From Podarcis cretensis (taxonomy: Eukaryota), in the NCBI GenBank assembly GCA_951804945.1, contig OX638152.1, positions 67,332,001 to 67,396,000 of the forward strand: 64,000 bases of DNA. The letters are read 5' to 3'. The notes under the pieces were generated by a model. It worked only from the letters and a program-made list of their open reading frames with translations, was not told where the DNA came from and did not search any database. The position numbers were made by a program, and so were the translations under genes. Below, one piece after another: positions 26,201 to 38,689 of this stretch (position 1 is the stretch's first letter; every line of letters begins with the position of its first letter).

Positions 26201-29200
26201 CTGCACCCCTCAAACAGATTTCACTTTGCGAGAAATCTTTGTGCCACTGGAACTTTCATATAGCACAGCACTGAGTTTGGCTGATTAACTGAGAACCACC
26301 AATAATAGTGTTAGAGAATGCAATGGAGGCAAGTTATCTCACTCAAAATAAAGGTTTAAAAAAGAAGAAGAAAGGAAAATGGGATAAATGGTTCTAAAAA
26401 GTTATATTCCCCAGAGTTGCATTAGTTTCTGCCTCCAGATTCTGGCCAAGTTTAACAAGCTAACACTTTGCAGCTGCACACCTAGCACTCCTCCCCCCAT
26501 TTCTATCTGTCCATCTTATTTGCTTTCAGCTAGTTGTTCGCCTCAGTGGGACTTCTAAAAAGCGCTCAGAACTTACGTAACACTGTTTCCTGAAAAGAAC
26601 ACAGTGTGACATGCAATTTAAAGGGCATCTGAAAGTGTCACTGCACTCATTACATAAAACTGAAAAAGCTGCTGAATGAAAAATTATAACTGCTCTCCTA
26701 ATTAAAATACTATTTGAATAGTTGTAAAATATCAATTATTCCATAAATATATTCTACCTATAAGGCAGCAGTACTGTCATCCAACTCATTTCCTGAGATT
26801 TCATAGTGAATTGTTCAATTTTTTCTATCTCCATCAAATTCAAGTGTCTCCGTTTAAAGGTCCCTCCTTCTCAATCTCATATTCTAAATGAGACTAGAGT
26901 TATGCTACGAGACTTGAGGCTGTGTCAACCCCCCCCCCCCCCGTTACCTTAATCCTGGCTGACACTGAGGAAGCTGTACAAAAAGAAACATAAATATATC
27001 ACCAGGCAAGGGAGTGGAGTGCTTGCCAGTAGAAAAACAAGCGGCAACATTAAATGATAGCTTTTATGGACTCCTTGCAGTTTTGACATCAAAATAATTG
27101 ATGAGGCAGCATTTCTTACTGTTTTCTGGCTTTTTCTGTGCCATTGAGATAGGACAGGAACAACAATTAACCTTGGGTTTTTCCTTCTGGGCTAGTACAG
27201 TACTATGTGCTACCACAGAATCCAAGGACTGATAGGGACCAGCATAATCACTAGGCTAATATTGAAGGTATCAGCCTCCAGGCATTAAAATCATATCCAC
27301 AGTGATATATTTTTTTTTATACCCCCACCAAACATTTCACAGACTTACATTTCCCAACCTTGATTACAAGGGGGTGGGGGTCTTTTCCAAAGATGCCCAA
27401 TCAAGTTCATGGAACAACCTAGGAAAAACCAAGTTTCTGTTTAGGGGGGTAGCAAGGAGCACCAGGCTGTGAGCACCCTATTCCATTGTGGGATGCTCAA
27501 CTCAAAATCTATACTACACTCAAGCTGCATGGAGAGGTCTGGTGCAACATAAATATATAAATATTATTTCAAGTAAGAAAATAACCAGGTATGAATATGA
27601 GGTTGACAGTCTAACTGGTTGTCATATCCTTAAAGTGCCACCTAGTGGAAACTGTCACAATAGTTCAATAAGAGTGAAACACACACTCACAAGGTCACTT
27701 GCTTGGCAAAAGCTGGCAGTTTCAAACATCTACAGGTGAAACACGTGAATTTAGTTACCGGTAACTCTGGAGCACATGTATGAGAGCATGAACTTAACTG
27801 AACTTTCTAGTTACTCTGACACCTTTCTTATCCACCACTATCTGGCAGCTGAAATGAAAATATGTAGATGCACCTGTGTTGTGCTAGGTAAAACAAAAAC
27901 AAAAACAAAAACAGGCTCACAGCACAATAGATTTATGTTCACATGAAGATGAACATCAGATTCAACTTCTAATGTGCTTTACTTGTTCTGCTGCCACTGA
28001 GAGCGGCTTTATGAATGAACTAAATTCACCTATGTGGTCACCATGATTGGGCATGGCTTCCCAGTCTGTATGCAGCATAAATCAGCTTGCATGTGTAATG
28101 CAAATCCGTAGGAGAATCAAAATGAATTCTTCCCACAACTGAATTTAGTTGTGTACAACCCTAAAGAGCGATTCATATGACCATCTCTTTATGTACACTT
28201 TCTTCCTATGACTTTATTTTTCAGGTTGGCTACACACATAGGCATGTTTTTCCTAAACAAACATAAAAGAAGGGGAAAAAACCAGTCCATGTATACCATA
28301 CCCACCATGCATGAAAACTGAGCAATCATCTTTTTCTCTGCATATACAGGCAACTCCCCATTTGCGTGGGGTTGCAATCTGGGTCATTGCGTGCATCAGC
28401 TGTCATGCATAAGCCCATGCTGTCCCCTTCCAAAACAGAAAATGACACACACGTCAGCGTTCATGTATCAATTGGACACACCATTGCATTAAGAATGGTT
28501 TATTTTCCCTTTAAAGTGTTGCTAATTTTAGGTCCTTAAATCTGTTTTTCCATCTCTTCCTCAGAAGCAGCTAGACTTTTTCGGTTCAATTTGTGAACCT
28601 ACTATTTAGCACAGTGAAACATCAGATTCTTTCTTGCAGCTTGTTGTAGAAGCTGAAAGTGATAGCATAGGAAGAAAACCTATAGGGATGCAAATGCAAC
28701 AAGCTGCCAAAATCTTGCTGAGCCAACTGCTTTTGCAGCCCTCTGCAATCCTCAAATTTTGATAAGCTGCTCTTTAAAAAAAGAAAAAAGAAGAAGCTGT
28801 CTGAGAGTCAGTGATAAGGTTTAGGGCAAAGGAAGTAACATATATAAATCACAAGAGTGCTCAGCGCTTTTAGAAGCAATGAATAGGACCTTGATGGAAA
28901 TATTACCAATCTTTCATACTCCAGCTTCACAAAGCCAGATTAAAGTAAGATAGAAGGCGGTATGTGTACTCTTCTATGGCTGTATTAATAGGTTCATTGG
29001 TGTGGGTTTTTTGGTGGTTTTTTAAAAATACATATAATACAGAACGAAAGTATTATTATTATTTTTTGCAGTACCAGAATTCCTTAGGAAATATTTCATG
29101 TATTCAGCCAACAAGCTCTGTAGTACACAGAACTTCCTCTGCCTTTAAACCTATTTTATCATGCCACTGAGTATTTATGTTATTTTATAGAATAAATAAA

Positions 29201-29811
29201 ATGAAATGGTATCAAGACTTGCACTTTAAATCCAACTGAATTGTACTCAGGTGATGGAGGATAGCATAAGTAATGCTATATAGCAATTTCTATCATTTCA
29301 TTAAGGCAATGATTGCAATTAATATCAAATGTGCTGTTGACTAGAGCAAGCCCACAAATGTTATGGAAGGTAAGCTTCTCTTACACTCTGTAAGGTGCCA
29401 TGCATACTGACGGCGATATATACAAAATAATACTATAATTTTTTTGTTATTAATTATATATCCATATATTGTTGGACACAGATAAGGGATTTGGCTGTCT
29501 GTTGAAGCATTTAAACAGTGCCTGCACCTATGCTCAACCAGTTTATTTGTAAATAAACTTACTTACTGCAAATACCAGAAGCTTCAAGTGAACTCCCTAA
29601 AAAGGTAGCTAAAATCAGTTAAGCACTGTGCCCCTCAAACTTTTCACCACTCTGGGAAGTTGGGGTGTACATAACATTACTGTTTTTTCTTATTATCTTG
29701 TGTTGTTAGCTGCTTTGGACTGTTTAACAGTTGTTAAGGAAACAACTGTTTTCCCTCTCAATAAACAATAAACAACCATTCCAGCTTGATACATAGACTA
29801 TTTTCATTTTC

Positions 29812-29863
<52 letters not shown>

Positions 29864-29982
29864 TTTCCTGCCTTCCTTTCCCTTCCTTCTCTTTCTCTGT
29901 ATCTACAGATATACACACACATGCATGCATGTACATATAGCAGACAAATACAGAATGCAGCTGCACTAGATAAGTGGTGCTT

Positions 29983-30015
<33 letters not shown>

Positions 30016-33000
30016 ACCCCCGATGTCCCCAGTCCAAGAGATGACACCTGACTCCTGCTAGCACAACAAATGCTTAAGACATGAATAACTTTGCTAAGCA
30101 ATACTCCTTGACACACTACAAACACCATCTCTGACATCATTACTGACACCCAATACACAATTCATATTTGTGCAGATATAGTACTTTTTCAAAAGGTTTC
30201 CTTGTGTGTGCATGCAAGAGAGTGAGAATGCTGTGCATATATATCCTCTGCAGCACAAAAGCCCTCATGTAGCCCTTTTGTAAGAAAAAATAAATGTGAG
30301 GCTACAATGTGACCTTTGCAGTAATGTCTTGCCAATATATGAACACTTTCCTTTTCCTTTGAAGGGCATATAAACCCTTTTCATAGCACCAGAATCTATA
30401 CCCCCTGTGGGTTTTAAAAGAAGAATGATTTCCTATTCTACATGACATAATGTCAGAACTGTTGTGGGCAGATGATGAATAAAGCAGAGCGTTGCAAGTA
30501 CTTTGGGTAGCAAAAATAAACCACTTCCTTAATTGAATGGCAAATATTACAAGGCTATAATATATGTGTATAGTCCCCTCCTTCTTTTGCAGGACTCTGA
30601 AGTTTCAAGATCTCTAGCATATGTTAGATTTATTCCACCTGAGTGTACCAGAGATGCAACTGAAGCTCATACTCCATCAACTCTGCTCAGACTCCACACT
30701 ACTCACTGGGATACAAATTTGAACCCTGGACATAAGCAGCTCCAAGAAAACTATGTGCTAGACCTATACACTTCAGGGAGAGGGAGAATTCAACTTTAGG
30801 GACATCCGAATCTTGCCTTTCCACAGATAAATGGTTCATGTTGCGCAGAGATGCCACTTTCCTTGTCACTTTACTCTTGCCTGTCTTCTTCTTTGTTACC
30901 TAGGATTGCCCAATCAGTCTGAGGTGGGAAACTTGTGGTTGTTGTAACGGTGGTGACTCAGCAAATCTCTCTCTTACCTTGGAGTATTCCTTCTGTCCGG
31001 CCTCAGCCTCAACCTAATTGCCTTCTGTCTCAGGTGCCCTTTTGCCTCAGGCAGTCAAGTCTTTGACTATGTTGCCCCAAGAAGCCATTGGGGTTTGAGG
31101 CTGCTCCATACTTTTGCTCAGGTTTGTTTGACTTTGTGGTGCCTTAACAGGAGTGGATTGCCCTAGCTAGATCTCTTCCTTTGTCTCCTCTTCCCCATTC
31201 CCCTGCCTCTTTTCCATGTTTGTTGTTTTCTTCACGTTAGGAAGGAACCTCAAAGAGCGAAACCAGTGTAATGTTCTCCAGGTTTCTCTACAGAGCAGTG
31301 GTTCTCAAACTTTTTTCTCTGGGCCACACTTTCAGAATAAAAATATGCTCATGCCAGACCAATCTTTTATTGATAAGAAATACATTGGAAAACAAAAACA
31401 AACAACTCCTAAAAGTGCTTGTTATATAAGCTGTTGGTGCATGAAGGTGAATTTGGGTAGCCTGTGCATAATCTTGCAATAATTAACCATCTTGCCATTC
31501 TGTAACATTTATACTTGGCACTTCAAGCTACAAAACCATTTTACATATTGACCACCATTATGAACATTATATCTATATACATAAACAAACCAACTTATCT
31601 GAACCCAAATTGGGACTCAGTGGTTCTTGGTATTTCCCCACAAGTAATCGAACTGAAGAGAGGTACAGCGCAATGGCCCCCATGCTGTGCAACAAGCATC
31701 AGATTAAAGATCTCAAATATCATGCCTATATGGTTGCATGAGTTAACGCATTAATAAAATGCAAATAAGGACGCTTGTAAAATTGGTAGCAGCTGATTCA
31801 TCCATTACAGATTGGCCCTGATATGTGCAAATAATTGCTCATTCAACTGTTCTATTTGTGTGAGCAATCGGCTGCCCAAGAAGCATGTGGGCATGGAGGA
31901 TGCCAACAGAACCCTTTGATAGCAGGAAAGCTGCCACACAGGATGGTGTCCCAAATCTCTAGCATAACCCACATTTCTCTCAGCCACCTAATCTAAATTT
32001 GGAGTCTTTGAAAGAAAATGCTGCTCAACTACTGCATTCATATAAAAAGAGTGTGGTAATTCTTTGTAACCAAGTGATTGGAAGGAAAATATTTATTTAT
32101 TTTGCACTGGTCTAGAAAACTAGTTACACACATACACATACCCCAATCACATAAAATTACATAATGCCAAGATTCTGCTTCTCTTTGAATCTTTTCCATC
32201 ACCCCACTCCTCTGAAAACAAATCTCTTTCACTTCTAGTTATGTATGTTCTTTTCAGCCAAGGGCCCCATTAAGTAATGTAACCCATATGCTTCTAACAA
32301 CTCCAGTTGCTCTACTTGAGCAACAGCAAAGTTAAATTACAATCTCCAACTAGTATGTATAATATTTTGACCACTTTAAGGCAGGTTTTTATTGCAAGAC
32401 ATATAAGGTGAGAGAAAGGAATGGTGCTTAACCACAGCCAAAATACCAGGATTATGTTTGTAATTTTTTTTGTAAAAAAAGATTGCATTATTTGATACAG
32501 AATGTTAATCTCTCCCAAACTGCAAGTGTATAGGGAATAAGTGTTTAACAGGCAACAGTGCTTATATTTTTTTAAAGGAGGAATCTTACCGTTGTTAGCC
32601 CAATTCGTACCCAAATCAATTCTACGCTTACAATTTAAAGGTGTACCTGTTCTTGAAGCCTGAAGTCTATGTAGCTTGATTTGAGTTGAGCATTTGTTTC
32701 AGCATTTGTGCCAGGATGAGAAACCTGCAGCACAGGACAAACTTTTAGTTGTGATATATTAGGTGGCAAGAATGTCCAGAATAATATTAATTAATTAGAG
32801 AAAATCTAGCCAACTCCACATCATATGATCCCAGGGTGGTTTATGACACAATAAAAAAAGTAAAACACTAGAATGAATCCAATTTGCCACAACTTATAAA
32901 AACAGGCAAAAATACAACATATCCTTAAGCATCATGGTCACCTCACTTGTGAGTGATGGAATTCTGAATGCAGTTTTAAGGCAGAAAATGGAGCTAAAAT

Positions 33001-36000
33001 GATAAAACTAGAGAACTAGAACTTGCAGATCAAAAATCTACTCCGCAAAGTGAACAACTTGTACTACATTATATCACATTCAAAAGAACCTGCACAAGTT
33101 TATCACTGAGTTGATCTAAATCCCAAACTCCATACACACTACAAAACAAAATCCGGGTCAAGTAAGCCAAGAAGCTACTCTGAAGCCTGCTGTGATGCCA
33201 TGTCTGCTTTCTGCAGGGATCAGCTGAGCTACTACTTGGTTGTGCAGGTGATCCAACAGGCTTGATATTACCATCTATCATTTGACAGGGGATAACTCCA
33301 AGCCTGCTTTCTGGAGGAACAGGCTGTATGACTGAATTCTTTGGCTGCACAGCTGATTCCTGAAGAAAGCAGGTACCGAGTTGCCACCTACTTGGGTGGT
33401 GACTCAAAGCCCACTGTCGTTTCCTATGCCCTGCTTCCCAACAAGCTAGCTCTGACACTGACTGCAAGCCTCTCATGCATAATTGGGGATGTACTTTAAG
33501 GCTCCTGGTTATTCACTGGCAGCTGTGTCTCTACCTGCCTCACACCTGGCATCATGTATGATGTCAGTGTGCAGCAGGCGGGATGGTTTGGGGGAAATGG
33601 TCCCAAGGCCCAAATTGAGACCTGTGCCAGGAAACATTGCTCTTTGCCTTTCTGGAGACTCTGCCAATGGCCACTGCTCCTTTTAAAGACAACACTAAGC
33701 CCAATATTCTCATGCTGAAATTTTATACGTACCTGTGTTACAAAAGGCCGAGGAGGTAGAGCAGGTGGTGGCGGTGGTAGCCAACCCGCCCGAACTGCAG
33801 AAACAAAAACACAAAACAGAAGGAGATAAACAAATGAATGAACGCAAGCTAGAACTAAACAAATCTATTAGCACTATTTGATTTTCTAAAAACTCAGATC
33901 AATTTAAGAAAACACACTTCAAGTGAACCTATCACCACTATCTTCTATGACCTCACAGAGACATCTCTATTCAGAATAAACATGACAAATACCGTCAATG
34001 CCGATGCAATTAACAAATTTCAGTGAAAAATACAGAGCTCGGTACATGAGAGTTAAACTCCCCTTGAGTTTTCTGTTCTTTGTCACAAACACTCTTGCCT
34101 TTAAAAAGTGAAGCAATATTCTAACATGGACATTAGAGAGCATTCAAAATAAAATGTGATGATGTGAAAAAGTGGAGTTGTACAGAAAACATCTGTGCAT
34201 GGAATTAGATGTTCTGGCACTTGGATGAGCTAGTTGTAGCTTTTAAATATTTTTGGCAGAAGCTGAAGAGGGAAGAGACCAAACAAGTCAGTTTAGGGCT
34301 TTATGGTAACATAATATAATTCAGTCTTCTACTCTGAGCCAGAAATCTGAGATGCTAACACCCATGATGGGACCATCTATTATACTTCCCAATCTGGCTT
34401 CAGTTAAATCCATAAACCTTTAGAGGCCAGAACTGCAGAGAAGACGAGGCTTTGTGAAGCAATTATAATGACACATAGATTATACGTACACATGAAGCAC
34501 GACTGAAGAATCTCTTGATAGTTAACCTTCTAGCAACCCCTTATAACTGCTGATCCTTTTTAGCAAACACAATTTGAAAAGATACTTAGCAACCTCTTTT
34601 GTGTTTGTTATTTGGACATTTAAAATTCTAGCACTAAAGTCACACCACGAGAATGCTACATAGATAAATGTATCCTAAGCTATGTATCTTATTGCACATG
34701 CATTTTTTTAAGTATACCAAATCTTAACCATGTTCTCATTTTTAAACTTATTTGGGCAGGAATATTTATAAAGCATATGGGAATAATAGAGACTTATGCA
34801 TTTTAAGATTTATAGGAAAATAGTGAATGCTGGCCAAGGGTATGTGTAACAAACAAAGAAAGGGAATAAATGGGAATATTGAAGTCTGTTAATGTCTGGT
34901 GACATGCTGAAACCCAAACACCAAGGTAGTGAGCTATTAGAATTCAGGTAACGTTAACCATACAACCCACAAACACATCTGTAGGATGAAAAAAAGTCAA
35001 ACTGCAGTCATCAAATGTAAGAAAAAACATGTATTATGTTAATGATATTTTCCCTTCCCCATTTAGCCAGTTTTTATTTTAATTTATCTAAAATATTTAT
35101 ATCTCACTTTTCCACATGTGTGTTTAAGGCCACTCATGTTTTTGGAGTGAAAAATCATATGAATGTTCAAACCAAAGGTTATGGCGAGAAATGTGTTCTC
35201 TGCTTAACATTACGGAAAAGAACAGTCCAGCTGGATCAGGCCAAATGCCCATCCAGTCCAACATCCTTTTCTCACAGCTTGATACCTATGAAAAGCCTGC
35301 ACACAGGCTTCAATTAATGTATATATAGGAATCATTTTTCTGTTTAGCATTCCCATGACATTACCTTAATACTAGAATTTTAAATGTTGAAACAACAAAC
35401 ACTAGAATTTAAATGTTGCAACAGCAAATGCTAGAATTTTAAATGTTGAAACAACAAACACAAAAGGTTACTCAGTTCTGAAAGAGACTTCAGAATGGCA
35501 TCATTCATTCATTTCATATACCACCCTCTGTCTGTAGATCTCAAGGCAGTTCACAGCATAAAAATACAAGATAAAAACACAAAATGCATAATAAAAACAA
35601 AACAAGCCAATAACCCCCTCCTCCTCCCACAAACACAATTAAAAGTATGTAAGATGTTAGTCAACCAAAAAGGCCTGGTTGAAGAGGAAGATTTTCACGT
35701 GGCACCTAAAGGTGTATCATGAAGGTGCAGATGAACTGCCAGGCAAACTCAATACTTGTTCAAGCTCAAGGGTATCACATCGGCCAGTTTTAAGTACAGT
35801 GGCACCTCCAGTTACAAATGCCTCAGGTTACAAACGCTTCAGGTTACAAACTCCTCTAACTTGTAAGAGTTACCTTGAGTTGAGAACTTTGCCCCAGGAT
35901 GAGAATGGAAATTGTGTGCTGCCAGCGCAGCAGCAGCAAGAGGCCCCATTAGCGAAAGCACACCTCTAGTTAAGAACAGTTTCAGGTTAAGAACATACCT

Positions 36001-38642
36001 CCAGAACGAATTCAATTTGTAACTAGAGGTACCACTGTACATAAAACATTTAACTTGTTTCTGCAGAACATCAACCTAGGTACAACTTAGAATTTTCCAA
36101 GTGCACTACGAGGCAACCTTAGACGTCTCCAGTTAAAATAAACTCAGTCACTGATTCTTAGGGAATGGTCAGTGAGGTTTAGATTTCAACATTTGCAACT
36201 TTGTGCTACAAAGTTTGGATTGCTTTTCATATGAAAAGAGGCATTTTTGTAGCATTTCCAGCTTGAGAGACCGACATAACCATGCAATTAGCAATTGGAT
36301 GGATAGCTTCTTAATAGTAAATAACTTGCTTACTTATCCCAATGAAAGTATCAAATGTGACTGCCCTAATTCAGGGTTTCTTGTATAAGATTTTTAAATT
36401 AAACTGATGGCTATGCAAGAAAGTAGATTTGCCCCTGAATTTCACTTCTGTGTTTCTTGTATCCCTTAAAGTGCATCCTTAGACCCCTACTAAATAGTTC
36501 CTCCCCCCCCCCCCCCCGGGTTGCAAGGGTTGTACATATTTGGGAATGACTGTTTTCACATTTTAATCTTTCCTCTATAGGAAAGCCTTTCCGATAATTC
36601 TTCACACTATTATCCAATTACTCCTGATACCAATTCCCCAGCGATAAAACCATTTTCTTACACATCACCACCCTTCTCTGCTGGAAAACCTTATTCCCAC
36701 CCTTCTCTACACGCAGGTGGAACTGACAGCCACTAAGGAAAGCCTTTTAAATTTCAAGGCCAGCCTGATGTCGGTGGTGATGTTTATTTCTTTCAAAAGG
36801 TTGTGTGTGTGTTCCTCCTCATGCATGCTGAGGATTCCACAGATTAGTACTTTTATTAATACTTGTTTTATCTTTTGATGCTGCCTTTCATTTTGTATTG
36901 TGCATATTTTACAATTGTCAGTTGCTTTGAGATATTTTCTGCAGAAAGTGGAGGATAAATACAATAAATAATAATGCAGGGTACAGGACAGCAGCCCCTC
37001 CACAGGGACTCCTCTCCAGAGGATATCTGCCAGATATCTGCACAGGCCTAGCCCAGGTGCATGTTGCCAGGACAGAAGTGTGTGACCCTAATCATCATGT
37101 GAACCTTCTTCATGTATGTAATGTATGAAAAAGGGTCTTATATGCATCAGATATTCATTACAGACACCATGGGAAAACAGGCGTGATCAGCCTTCTCTTT
37201 GTAGCACCTTTGTATTTAATTTGTCAACTGGGAAAATTATTTGTTTATTAAATTTGTATCCCACCCTTTCTCCCAAAGGAGCCCAGGGTGGCAAACACAA
37301 AAGTGATAAAACAACAAATAAAAATAAAGAACAATTTAAGGACATATATAAAGCACTTAAAAAACGTGCAGCCACCAATCACATAACAGGGCACAATGAT
37401 CAGAGCTGTGGAGAATGTCAGAAGAGCTCAGTAGGGGAAGCAGCATCACTATGGTCTCCTCTTACTTTATCACAGAAACAAAATTGTATTGGGTATACAT
37501 ATAGTTGTGGGTTATACCTGTATTTGGCTGGTGATTGGGAAGAAATGGGTGTGCTAAGAAAAAAAATCCAGCATATATTGTGCACATAGCTGGAGGTGAA
37601 AGGTAACTCTTTAAACAGCAACATAGAAACCCTGCCAATCTTGAATTAGCCAATCCCCAAATTCTTCTAGGTTGCATAAAGAGTGGAGTGGCAGAATATT
37701 TGATTAAAATAATAAAACTGGGTTCTAGTCCTGGAAAAGTTGGAGGCTACAGCATATGCAACCTGGGTATATATTGCAGTCATATCATGTTATCCTTACA
37801 GCTAGACAAAAAGTCAAAGGATGTATCACACATCAGATATCTCTTACACAGAGTTTCCAGAGTAGACTTGAGTCCATGGAAATGTAAGTAATAATGATAT
37901 GGGTTAGTCTTTAGGTGACACAAGATTATTTGTTGCAAAACAGACATTCCTGTGCTGGAATTCACAAAGCCCATGTGTAGAGGAACATTTGGTCCTCCAG
38001 ATGTTGCTGAACTACAACTCCCATCATCCCTGGCCATTATCCCACAGTTGCTGGGACTGATGGGAGTAATCACGAGTGTGTGTTAAGTCTGTGTTCATAA
38101 AATGTATATAGGTCAGGAAGTTCCCCAGATCTTCCTAGTGTGCATATATAGACTGAAAGTGAAGCAACATCACAAATGAATCCATCATGTTGCAATCTAA
38201 AAACAGGTTTCATAATCAGTCCTGCATTCTTTCAGTGAAGGTGCTCTGAAATGCATTTAGCAGCACCTAAATGAGAAACTAGTTACTTTGAACTATGTGT
38301 TGCCAATAATCCATAGTTTTTCTTTATATCTTGAATTCAATTTCTTCTGAAAACTCCATTTTTGACCACAACAGGATTACAAAAAATCTTTATTTGCTGT
38401 CCTTTTATTAAACTTGCTGTAAAGCCACTGCAAATATTTATTGTGTGTTCATGTCCTGACCCTTAACACTGCCATCTGTGGGGTCAGGTAAATCCCCAAG
38501 GAGAAATAGCAAATTGTATTAAAAGGAATTAATAAACTGGGGCTTCTTCCAAGCAAGGGTTTCATGTGCCGTATCTTTTCAGCACCGCCAAAGGTACAGA
38601 ATGCAGTTCATTTCAGAACATTAAGTTGTTTCTCTCACAACA

Positions 38643-38689
<47 letters not shown>

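Noticed and set aside
27759-27848. Strong acceptor plus GTAACT donor suggesting an exon
   Set aside because: Stops in all three frames; no supporting homology.
35371-35460. 30-bp direct repeats as a CRISPR-like array
   Set aside because: No spacers, head-to-tail tandem copies, vertebrate genome; simple minisatellite.
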